Part shown: positions 21,407 to 32,181 of the stretch, in pieces | How the letters are laid out: every line of letters begins with the position of its first letter | Numbering within the stretch: position 1 is the stretch's first letter | DNA from: Rebecca billardiae RCC1528 | Lineage: Eukaryota > Protista > Haptophyta | DNA: 64,000 nucleotides | Assembly: GCA_965240325.2 (NCBI GenBank) | Contig: OZ251239.1 | Coordinates: 1,302,001 to 1,366,000 of the forward strand | Direction: 5' to 3' | Program-made: the position numbers and the translations under genes | The notes under the pieces: model-generated | The model's database searches: none | What the model was told of the DNA's origin: nothing | What the model saw: the letters and a program-made list of their open reading frames with translations, nothing else

Positions 21407-23649
21407 CACGGTGAACAGAATGGCGGCCAAATGTGTACTTTAGGGTGGCCGCCGCGCGACGCGGGCCGGCGGCCTAGTAAGAACCCTGAGCCGGCGCGGA
21501 CGGGCACTGACAGGTGCGCAACCACCCAATACATGCTTCAGACACCGCTCACCAGCCCCTGTCACCTCGTCTCCTCGTCTGTTACTGCCCGCGACACGCG
21601 CGAATGTCAACTCAATCGCCGTGCGTCGCGCGACCGCGCGGCCGCGCGCGCATGCGGTGCGCAGGCGTCAGATGGCGGAGGTGGAGATGCGGTGCGACGC
21701 GCATGGACGATCTCGCGCGGACGCACCTCGCTCGCAGGCCCGCTGCCACTGGATGCGCCCGGCTGCACCGTCTTGCTGCGCGCAGTCGCAGCCGGCCGTT
21801 CTTGTCGACGGTGTTGGTGCGCTTCTTCATGATCTTGCCCACGATCACCTGCTTGGCGGCCTGCTCGACGCGGCCCGCTCGCGGCATGCTCGTGCCGCGT
21901 CTGTTCGAGCTCAGCCCGCCCGGCCGGCACGTGCGGTCGCGGAACGTGTTGCCGATGATCTTGCCGTCGTGCTCAGACGCTTGTGTGCTCGCGCGGTGCA
22001 GCGCGCCGCCGAGTCGCACGATGGCGCGAAGGGCGATGGCGACGACCACGTGCGGGTAGCACGCGACCGTGCTCGTCCACCGCTTGAGCTCGCGCGCATA
22101 CGCGCACCAGGCGTTGAGCGCAGCAAGCACCATCACCTTCACCTCCGCGGCGGTCGTCGGACGCCGCCGACGAGTTCGCGCACCGCGCGTGAGCTGCGGC
22201 TGCTGCGGTGCCTGAGCAGCGTTGGCGTAGCCCTCGCACGGCACGATGGCGTCACGCGCGTGCTGCATCCTCTGCTGGGCGTGGCCCTGGCCCTGGCGGT
22301 ACCTGGCCGCACGCGGCGCGCACTACGACCTCGTCGTGTCCACTTTGCGTCTGCCGACGGCTCGGTCCATTCACTGATCGTCAGCCCTGGCCCTGGGCTC
22401 CGCGGGGCCCGTGCAGCGCCACTGCTGTGCGACGATCGCATCGATATGACTCACAGCGACTCACGCGTGCGTGTGTCGTAGTAGTATGGCAGCGTCGTCA
22501 TGCAGGGCATCAGACGACTGATGACGAGGCCTCCTGCCCGAAGCGCACGGGCCCGCGGAGGGATGAAAGTCGAAAGACATGATTGGCTCGTCCGGACGCG
22601 CGCCGATCCGATCACGCTGCTCGTCGCGCCCAGATTCCGCGCTCTGCTCGCCATGATGACGAACGAAGCACGGACTCCTGCAGGCCGAGGTGCTCAACGG
22701 CGCACTTACTGCGTCGGCGACAGGATCCTCCATCAGCTCCCGCCCCTGTCGCAGCAGGGCACGGCTGAGGGTCACACCCGCTGATGGCCCTCCCCGCCTC
22801 GAGCTGCATCCACGAGCGCACATCAGAAAGTGCGCGCTCGCGATCGCCCACATCAGAGAGCGCATCACTCCCGACGCTCACCCCGGCGGTACGATGTAGC
22901 CCGGTGGGGCGCTGATCGCTGCCATCAGCTTCGCCGCCACGCCGCTGTCCATCCTCGGGATCTGGTGCTCTGCGAGCACTGGCCAGTGTCGAGCTGCGCT
23001 GCTCACCACGCGCCCACCTCAGATTGATCCGGCGCGCAACGAAAGAGAAGAGAGAACTGCACTGCCGAGCGAACGGCGCGGCCTCGTATCGCACCTGGTA
23101 CTACTCCGGCAGCGGACTTTCACCCGCCGCGGCCTTCGGCGCCTCCTGCTGGTGCTTCAGCTTGAGTTGCGGCAACTGCACCATATCACCTCTGCGCGAG
23201 CGCGCCGGAGAGGGTGCGCAGCAGGGGACATCGCGCGAGATTGGCCGGTCGATAGCGATCGGAACTTCAAGGGAGGATGCGCGCATGTGTCGCCCTCCCA
23301 TTCGTCCCCTTTCGCGAGACATCGACCGAAGGTTTTCGGGACGCCGCGCATCTGCGCGTGCGAGGTGGCATGACAGCCGCTCACCGCGGGCATCGTCAGC
23401 AGCTTGCTGCCACGCGCGTTGTAGCGCCGCTTCGTCTTCTCGACCGAGTTCGGGGATGCAATGGGTCGTGTCACCCGCCTCGCCGTCTTGGTCTGCTCTC
23501 TCGAGATCGAGTGTGACGTCGGTCATGGACACCTGATGGGCGGGCACTGAGGGATGGCGGCGGGCCGCCGCAATCCGCCACTGTGCCCTTCGTGGCCGCT
23601 CGAGGGGTGCTTCTAAAGTAGACATTTTGAGGTCCATCTGTTCACTGTG
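21407..23649 (-). mobile_element. Decayed RAG1/Transib-(CMC)-like DNA transposon with RSS-like 37-bp TIRs
   Basis: Left TIR CACGGTG-AACAGAATGGCG-GCCAAATGT-GTACTTTAG (21407-21443). Right TIR read on the minus strand: CACAGTG-AACAGATGGACC-TCAAAATGT-CTACTTTAG (23613-23649). Contains a minus-strand transposase remnant. Flanks share only AT, with no 5-bp TSD. Confidence 0.8.
21612..23526 (-). pseudogene. Frameshifted/internally deleted DDE transposase, RAG1/Transib/Chapaev-like
   Basis: The C-terminal segment YPHVVVAIALRAIVRLGGALHRASTQASEHDGKIIGNTFRDRT resembles the RAG1-core region [34 protein letters not shown], which carries the catalytic Glu. Upstream frames are broken by stops and frameshifts. 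A tentative GSD.../C-rich segment lies at ~22800-22875. Confidence 0.6.
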
Positions 23650-23966
23650 ATTCACCATGGCATTTTCAGAATTTGTGCACTGGCAGGCTGTCTGGCACTG
23701 CGTGAAGCATTGACGTACACCAGCGCACCGATTTGACGCCGCGCATCATCACCCAGAAGGTGACCATTCTGTCGTCTCTGAGACCCGTGGCCGCCGACAA
23801 TCCGCCCGGTCCTCAGTCATCCACGGCCAATGCGGCGGGAATGGACCTCCGTCGAAATAAGGCTGAGCTAGAATCTGTAGTCAGTCAGACTGAGACAGTG
23901 AGCTGGCTCGGCCTCGGATAGTCGGCGCCAGGAGCCCGCGGCCGAGGGGCGCGCGACTTCTATAAG

Positions 23967-25917
23967 TAGGTGGGTCCCTCCCAACTGGGGCGATATTCTG
24001 GCGCACTCAGAATGACGTCCTGGATTCTGTCTCTCACCCAGAATCGACGCTATAAATGCGTCCCATCGGGGCGGAGCAAAAGTTTCGACCTCAAAACCTA
24101 CTCCGCGTGCCGTCGCGCGGCCGAGCGCGCGCGCGCCGCGCCAGTAGTGTCACATAGAGATTTTGCGAAGCGTTACTTCATGGTTATGGTGGCTAGATGG
24201 CGACATGCGATCGGAATTACTTATTGACAACCGTTGACACCCGACCGAACCATTTTATGAAGCAAAGAGTGGGGCTCTATGCTGTGCGCTGATACCTCCA
24301 ACAAACTACAGCAAGATCGAGCATATTACCCACTTCATATATAGCCACTTACCCGTATATAGTATGAGTGTTACCCACTTTATATTGACCGTGGATGCGG
24401 TTCACTATATATTCAAATTCGTTCCGATATGTGGGTACGTTTGTTGGGTCATCGAATAGGCGCCGAGCGACGCGGACACAGGCAACCCGGGCCGCAACCG
24501 GACTGCCTGCGAGTGGCAGTGTTTGTGGCGGGCTGCGTGCCGAGGAACACAACATCGCCCGCCACCGAGCATGCCACCGTCGTCACACGGGAGCCCTCCG
24601 CCGTCGAGGCTGGACTATCAGCCAACGCCACCGCCGGAGCTTGCCGCGTTCGGCGGCTTCCGTGCTCGTACTCCGCGTGTCACCGGTCGTCGTATGCCCA
24701 CCCGCGTGAGGCCGCCACCAGTCCATGACTACCGCAGCTGCAGCCCATGCCGCCGACGATGCCTCCTACCATCTTCTCGCCAGGCAGCAATACGATAGGT
24801 TCACCGACGCTGCTGCTAGGCTGAGAGCACTCAGCCAGTTGGCCGGCGAGACGTCAGATGGTTGAGCTGCTGGCCTAGCCATCACGTTGCGGCTTCCGCT
24901 CGCTCAAGTACACCCAACGTGACGACGAGAACGTGCCGGGCAATCATCAGACATGCGTCTGAGGGGTCTACTACGCCTAGCCGTAGAGTTGCTGAGTACG
25001 AGTCTTCGCAGACCACAAGCGGAACGAGTGGGACCACCCAATGGCAGGAGCAACAGCGTGGGGTGGCACCCGCGCCTGTCAACGCGACCGCGTTCTGTCA
25101 AGAATGGACCCATATCCTGCGACCACCCTCGAGCACCGCATACTATGCCCACACTCGGCATAGGGAAGGATCGCTGAGCGCCTGCTGCCGCTGTCAAAGG
25201 CCCTGCTGATCTTCCTGGCGCTGGATCGTGCACACGGATGGCAAGTCGGCGTGCTCGCCGCACATCGCGGCGGCTTCTCAGCATCCCAAGTCCTCAGTGC
25301 ACCCATCCTAGGCCTGCTGGTCGATGATTGGTACCAACCCCCACCAAACACGCCCTCTCGGAAGTCGCCAATCGCTTACATGGCTCCCCGAGAGCCCGGG
25401 GCTGGCTGTCGTGCGTTCTCACGAGCAGCTTGCGCACAGCCCAAATGTCACCTTCACGGTGTGTAGAGCTGCTCAAGACGGCGGGGACGTCAAGAACATG
25501 CCCATGCCTGATGGTGGCCCATGCCTCCCGTCACCTGACCCGCCTGTAGCGAAAAGTGGCCCTGCTCGAAGGCACGGCTCGAACACCCGCCGATCGATTC
25601 AAGTTGTCTGTACGCGTCTAGCCGGGCGAGAGTCAAACATGCGGGCACGTGCCAGGCGGGGGATGTGTGACCACGGATCCCATCCGTGAGCACGCGCAAA
25701 GCGCTGGAGCGCGCGATAGGTGTTGGCTGTGGTCTACCCGACACACGGCGGCTCGGTCGCGCTGGAGAGGCGCTCCGACATCGTCGGGAGCGTTCAGATC
25801 GGACCTCGGCCGGCGGCCCGGCGATTTTCCCGAGCCGCGCCCCGCGCGAAAGAAATCAGGCCAGAAAACCCGGTAAATGTTTAAAAGACCGCTGGAAAAT
25901 CGCCAGGGACCCACCTA
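23967..25917. mobile_element. Non-autonomous TIR element, TAGGTGGGTCCCT termini, CTATAAG direct repeat flanks
   Basis: TAGGTGGGTCCCT (23967-79) and AGGGACCCACCTA (25905-17) are exact inverted repeats. CTATAAG occurs at 23960-66 and 25918-24. A second shared block GGCGAT(A/T)TTC is present. The interior has lower GC and no convincing ORF. Confidence 0.8.
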
Positions 25918-26204
25918 CTATAAGTATAATCTGACAGGACTCGTCAGACGAGACGTCAGACTGTGAGTGAACTGTCGTCCGTCCGACCGTACTACTACGG
26001 TCACGGAGTACGGCTCGTCACCAACGGTCGGCACGGATGGTACTAGTACCGTACTCGCGCCATCATCGGTACATCCGATTAGTATATATTATTAATAATA
26101 TATCACTAATCACGTCGTCGTCATAACTAATGAATAATAATAATATTGATGATATATGGCGCCAGCCGGCGCCACGCCCCCGGGCAGGTCGCGGCTCGCT
26201 GCGC

Positions 26205-27383
26205 TCACGGCGAGGCACCCGAGCCCTGCGCGAGCGCCGCGGCCGCGGGCGCCGCGGCCGGCGCACCCGCCCCGGTCAGCGCGGGCGGCGCGTCCACCTC
26301 GACGCCCGGCCCGGACGGCAGCCGCACGAGGTCGACGACAAAGTACGCGACGTAGGTCTGGTGGATCTTGCGCACCTCGACGTTGATGTCCACCGAGCCC
26401 CGCTGAAACCCCTTCACCTCGTGCCAGTCCTGGTCCATCGACGTGAGGCAGTCGGAGAACTGCAGCTTGTGCTGCGGCGGCGGCACCTGCGGGTCGGCGG
26501 TCGGCTGCGCGGTCTCGTGGTAGATGTTCGCGCGGTTCTTCCACGTGATGTGGCAGCCGGGGTCGAAGGCGAGCGCATTGGTGTAGTCGGCGAACGCGGC
26601 GACGTGGTCGCCCCGGTCGTGGTGCAGCGAGCCCAGGTTGTTGTGCGCGTACGCGAGCAGCTGCTGCACGCGCGGGTCGCGGCCGGGCTTGACCGCGCCG
26701 ATCGCCGCGCGGTAGTCTGCCAGTGCCTTGTCCCACAGGCGCATCGCCTTGTAGCAGTTGCCGCGGTTGAGCAGCACGTACACGTCGTCCGGCCGCGCGC
26801 GGAGCGCCACGTTGTAGTCCGCCACCGCGCCCATGAAGTCCTCCTTGTCCACCAGCTCGTTGCCCCGGCAGAGGTACAGAGTCCGGTGGAGCTCGCGCTC
26901 GCCCTTGCGCGTCGACGGCCGGAGCGAGGCGGGGATGCTCGCGCCCAGCCGCTCGAGGCGCTTGCGCACGATCTGGGCGAGCTCCTCGGGCGTGGAGCGC
27001 GCGATCACCGCGGGCTTGACGATCCGGCAGTGCGGCTCGCGCGCCTCCATGTGCTTCAGGTTGCGCCGCTTCCGCAGCGCGTGCAGCTCCTTGGTCATCC
27101 GGTGCTGGTCACGCACGTCCCGCCGCGCGTCGGCGGGCGTGATGACGACGGGCGGCGGCTTGGACGGCTCGGCCTGGCTGAGCACGCCCTGTCGCGCGGC
27201 CTCGGCCTCGCTCGGCAGCTTCGAGCCGATGCCCACCCAGTCGTCCTCGAGCGCCTCGAGCTGGCGCGGGCGGCGCTCGTCGCGCTGCTTGCGGAGCGCC
27301 TCGACCTCCTCGCGGCCGCGCTCGTACGCCTTGTGCCGCTGCTGCAGCTCGAGCGGGAGCGTGTCGAAGAAGCTCACCGGCAT
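26205..27383 (-). CDS. TPR-repeat protein
   Basis: 392 aa. TPR motifs LYLCRGN...GAVADYNVAL, LLNRGNCY...ALADYRAAI, AHNNLGSL...AFADYTNAL, TWKNRANIY. Confidence 0.85.
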   Translation of the reverse strand: MPVSFFDTLPLELQQRHKAYERGREEVEALRKQRDERRPRQLEALEDDWVGIGSKLPSEAEAARQGVLSQAEPSKPPPVVITPADARRDVRDQHRMTKELHALRKRRNLKHMEAREPHCRIVKPAVIARSTPEELAQIVRKRLERLGASIPASLRPSTRKGERELHRTLYLCRGNELVDKEDFMGAVADYNVALRARPDDVYVLLNRGNCYKAMRLWDKALADYRAAIGAVKPGRDPRVQQLLAYAHNNLGSLHHDRGDHVAAFADYTNALAFDPGCHITWKNRANIYHETAQPTADPQVPPPQHKLQFSDCLTSMDQDWHEVKGFQRGSVDINVEVRKIHQTYVAYFVVDLVRLPSGPGVEVDAPPALTGAGAPAAAPAAAALAQGSGASP

Positions 27384-27603
27384 CGCGCACCGCGAAGCTC
27401 AGGGCCGCGTGCACGAGCCACTGCCCGCCGTGCGCGACTCGCAAGGCGGGACTTCCTCCCACCGCCGCGGGCGACGATGAATGGGCGATGGCAGCGACGG
27501 CAGTGGAGGCCGACTTGCAACGACTAAAGTAACCGTCCTTGATTCCGGGCCCGGGCGGCCGGCTGGCTCGATCCGGTGCCCCTGATGTCGATCCACTCGG
27601 CGC

Positions 27604-29125
27604 ATGGCGGATGAAGCGGGCGACACCGAAGACGAGGATGTCTTCGTCGACGCGGTCGGAGAGAGTGACAACGCTGGAGCGGCATCACCGGGGCGCGGCA
27701 AGAGGGCGACGTACACGATCGACCAGGCCCTCGAGCTCGTGCCGCTGTCCAACCGCCCGCGCCTCTTCACGCTGCTCGCATGCACCCTCACGTGGACGCT
27801 GGACGGCATGGAGGTCCTCCTGCTCGCCTTCATCGGGCCGGCGCTGCGCTGCGACTGGGGTCTGTCGGATGTGCAGGTCGCCTCGCTCTCCTCCGCCGTC
27901 TTCCTCGGCATGATCTGCGGCTCCGTGCTCTGGGGCTGGGTCGCAGACCGGTACGGGCGCGTGCGCTCGCTCACGCTCTCGACGATCACGGCGCTCGTCA
28001 GCTCGATCGCGTGCGCCCTCGCGCCGTCGTTCGGCGTGCTGCTCGCCATGCGCGCGGTCGCCGGCGCCTCCATCGTGGGCGGCATGGTCTCCATCACGCT
28101 GCTCGTCGAGATCGCGCCGGCGCGGCTGCGCGGCCGCTTCACACTCGCTCTGCACGTGGGCTGGTCCCTGGGCGCGCTCGCGCTCGCCGCGCTTGCCGGC
28201 ACGGTGATGACGAGCCTGGGCTGGCGCTGGCTGGTCGTGTGCGCCTCCGCCCCGGCGCTGGGCGTGCTCGCGCTCCTGGCCTTCGTCCCCGAGTCCCCTC
28301 GCTACCAGCTCGCCGCGAACAACTCGCGAGCCGCAGAGGACTCTCTGGGGCGCATGCTGCGCGCCTCTGGCAGGAGACTGCCGGAGGGGGCGGCTCGAGG
28401 CGCCGGCGCCGCTGCTCTCGGCCTCGAGCGGGAAGCGGCGCGCCGGCGACATGCGCGCGCTCTTCGACACGCCGGCGCTGCGCCGCACCACCCTCGCCGC
28501 GTGGGCAGTCATGTTCTGCGGCGGCTTCAGCTACTACGGCGCGGTGATCGTCACGACGGAGTTGCTGGCCGCGGACCCGTGTGGGTACCACGCAGCGGAG
28601 GCGGCGGCGGCTGCGGAGCAGGGCGGCGCGCTTGCGCGGTGCGGCGCGCTTACGCCGCAGGACTACACGCGCAACCTGATCGCGACGGCTGGCGAGCTGC
28701 CGGGCGAGCTGCTCGCGTTCGCGCTGATCGACGCCGTCGCCCGCGGGCCGCTCAGCGCGGGGGTGGCGCTCTCCCTGGCGCTCACCCTCGCCGCGCTGGT
28801 GCCGTGCACGTCGGCGGGCGCGGTGTCCGCGCTGCTCTTCGCGATGCGCGTGCTGTCCTGCGCGCTTTTCATCGTCATCTTCGTGCTCACCGCCTCGCTC
28901 TACCCCACGGCCATACGCGCCCTGGGAATGGGCTGGGCCATCTCGATCTCGCGAGTCGGCGCGATGGTCACGCCGCTCGTCGCGCAGCTGCTCGGCCGGC
29001 TGTCGATGCGGGCGGCGCTGGGCAGCTACGCGCTCGTGGCCGCCTGCTGCGCGGCCTTTGCGCTCACCGCGCCGCGCGCTCGCCGCGCGGGGGACGGCGA
29101 AGGCGGAGTGGACCTGCTGATGTGA
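27604..29125 (+). pseudogene. MFS transporter SV2/SVOP-like (copy B) with a +1 frameshift (pseudogene or sequencing error)
   Basis: Near-identical inverted copy of 18325-19785. It has an extra G at ~28392 (GGGGGCGGCTCGAG vs GGGGGCGCTCGAG) and a 60-nt longer acidic N-terminus (1522 = 1461+60+1 nt). Confidence 0.8.
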
Positions 29126-29334
29126 AGAATCGGGGCGCGGTGCGCGGGCGGTGCCGGTGGCGTGAGCGCGTGCTGCCGTGCGCGCCGCTCTGCTCAGACT
29201 GCTCTCTCTCGATCTCGATCTCTATCTCTACTCTACTCTCGAGCTGTCTCGCTCTCTCTGCGCGCCTGGTGATGGACTGAGGCGGCCTGGCGGGCGACTG
29301 GGCGAGCACTTGCGGCCTTGCGCCTGCGTGCTCT

Positions 29335-29441
29335 TCATATTATTGCGCGCATATTATTTTATTTAAATTAATATATGTAATATATCTATACTATTATTAT
29401 TAATATAATATAATTATAATTTAGTATATTATTATAATATA

Positions 29442-29482
<41 letters not shown>
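29335..29482. repeat. AT-rich tract ending in (TA)n
   Basis: Almost pure A/T in a very GC-rich genome. Confidence 0.9.
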
Positions 29483-29527
29483 CGATATCATCCGGTAATA
29501 CTCGTACCCCCGTGGTTAGCCGATTCG

Positions 29528-31952
29528 CACCACGACGATTCCCGGGTGGGAGGGGCGGACATTTTGGAGAAGTTCGAATCGGCGGTTTCCGTCCCGATCT
29601 CTATTTCACAAAGCTACTCGCGGTACCGTCGGAGTAATGTAAGTACGTATTTCGCGCGGGTGCAAATCATTAGTGGCACTTGATGAAGTCGTTCCTTCAA
29701 TTCCTCGAATCACCTCCGCCCGCCCTATTCACCTACCCCTCGACCTTCGCGTTCCACAAGGAGCGTCCCGGCAAAGGGCGCCCCGGCGCGAGAGCCGCTG
29801 CCAAAGCCTCGGTAGTCGGCGGGCAGTGGGCTGGGTCTCGGCGGACGGGTGCGAGTCGAGTCAGGGCCGCGCGGGGGCCGAACGGGCGGGGGAGAGACGC
29901 GGCGTCCATGGCGTATTCGCGTGCGCGCATGGATTGCTCGAACCGCCCGAGGTAGTGTGCGCCACATGTGCGTGCAGACGGCACGACGCCGCGCGAGTCA
30001 GCCAGACTGTGAGCTCGTGGTGCTCGCGCCACACGGCGCCCGCGCTGCCCAAGCAGTGTGCGCCGGAGGAGAAGAGGAAGCTGGCGTGGGTGTCAGAATG
30101 TACGCGCGAATGCACCGAGCCCAACGCACGCATCCGCGCACGCATCCCCTTGTCTGTGACTTTGTTCACTCCGGCGGCTCAGGCCGCCGATGCGTGCCAA
30201 GTGAGGTTGCCGTCGCTGCGCCCACATCGCAAGATCGTCTTGGTCCATCGTGCTCGCGACTACCCACTGCTTGGCCCGTGATGTAGCGTAGACGACTGCT
30301 CGCCGGCTCTGGCACTCGCCGGGTCCATGCGACGGCCGGGTGCGGCGCGCCACGCGGCCGAGTGGACGGCCCGGGCAGCGGGGCCACGCCGGTGGCCCGC
30401 GCAGCGCTCGCGCACACCGCGTGCGTGCCGCAGCGCCGCGTACGGGCACCACTGCGCTCGCGGCTGGGCGCAGTGCAGCTAGCGGTCTGCCTTATTCTAG
30501 CACTCGCTACACACGGCCTGCTCCCTAGACTTGATGGCATCTGAAATGGTGCTGGAAGTCGAGCGTCCACACCGGCGTGCCGGCAGACGCTCGTTGCGGT
30601 CAGGTGTTGCGCGGGCGCAAGCCGTTGGCAGCTAGAACCCAGCTGACCTCGCGGACGCCGTGTTGCTCTCGCCAGCTGCCGAGCACGTGCCCTTGCTTGA
30701 TCGCCGTGAGAGACGCGATCGCGAAGAAGTCTCAGCCGGCGCCGCAGAGCGGCAAGCGGCACATGAGATAGGAGCTCGAGCTCGCGCAGCCAACACACTG
30801 GCGGTCCTCAGCAACGAGGCCGATGGCAGTGACGTCGAGCGCGCTGGCCTCGACCTGGATATCGGTCCGCTTGGTCGCGTCCACGGCTCGGTAGTGCGCT
30901 GCGACGCGCGTGAGCAGCCTCCCGAAGATCGCCGCGTGCTGCTGCTCGCGGATGTGGGGGACGGGTCACTGGGGTTGGACGGACCACAGGATCTTGCTGT
31001 ACCGCGCGACGAGGGTGGGCACAGCCTCCGCCGGCGGGCGGTGCAGCTTCGCGCTGTGCTAGATGGCAACGATGGCAACGTGGTGATGTACTGATTAAAC
31101 TGCGAGCGCGGCAGCCCGCAGCAACGCTTGGATTCGACGCACGCCAAGCGTGTCACGCCGATGCTGCGTGGGCGTGCCGCGCGCGGCGCGCGCTGCGCCC
31201 CCGCGCCTTGCTCGGGGCAGCGGGGCTCGCGCGCCGCGCCCGGAGTTGTATATTTATGCCTGCTGACTTGGCCTCGCCCCCGCGCGCGCCACCGCCCGCG
31301 CTGTCGCGCCGTCCGGCCCAGCACGCGCGCAGGTGATGGCGACGATCGGCCTGCCGCACAACGTCCAGTTCTACAAGTCGCAGGGCACACGGTACGATGG
31401 CTTCCGCGAGGCGTTGCTAACGGGCCGCGACGTGTTCGTGCAGTACGTGATGCCGTGGGTCAGACATCCGCAGAGCTGGGTGTCGGTCGGCTGCAGCACC
31501 GTGCGCGACGTCGAGTGTGTGTGTGCTCGGGCACATCAAGGCCTGCGGTGCGCGCGCGCTGCAGCCGTGCCACCGGCCCCGCGCGCGCCCGCCATGCGGG
31601 CGGTGTGGGCGGTGTGTGCGCCTGCCCTGCGCCGCGCCGCTCGCCCCGCCGCCTTCTCTCCAACCGCCGCCTGACGTTGAGGCAGCTCCCGCCCTGATCC
31701 TCCCCTCCCTCCCCGAGCCTCCTTCCGCCGCCCGGGCCGGGGGCCCCCGGGGCGCGGCCGATCGAGAACTGGGCAGGCAGATTGAAAGGCGGCTTGTTCA
31801 AGCCGCTGGAGTTGTATCCTACCAAAGGAGCCGCCTCTTTAACAATCGGGTTGTTTAGGGTTCAGGCTGGTGCCTTTTAAATGCGGGTACGGACAGTCGT
31901 TTGAGATTCTCACGAAAATGACCGCCGTCCCCGTGGGGGAATCGTCGTGGTG
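29528..31952. mobile_element. CAC-terminated TIR element (Transib/CMC-like), non-autonomous, carrying gene fragments
   Basis: Both ends read CACCACGACGATTCCC (16 bp identical) + 10-nt variable spacer + GGCGG(A/T)CATTTT. Flanks ATTCG (29523-27) and AGTCG (31953-57) form a 5-bp TSD with one mismatch. Confidence 0.8.
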
Positions 31953-32181
31953 AGTCGCGTCAGTCACTCACTACTCAGTAGTGAGATCGTAGATTCGTAG
32001 GCATCAGTCGCGTAGCTGTCAGTGTCAGCAGTAGGCCAGTAGCATCTACACGCGTCGTCGATTACTTGATAGATTATAATAAGATTATACCGCGCCGCCG
32101 CCAGCAGTTTCCAAGTAGCAGTCATCGATCATCGATCATCACTTCAGTAATCAGTGCGGCGGCGGGTCGGGGTTGCCACGC

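Noticed and set aside
21407-23649. A true 12/23 RSS pair or a RAG1-RAG2 two-gene transposon
   Set aside because: Both ends have the nonamer-like block at 12 nt. No 23-spacer signal and no kelch-like second ORF are visible.
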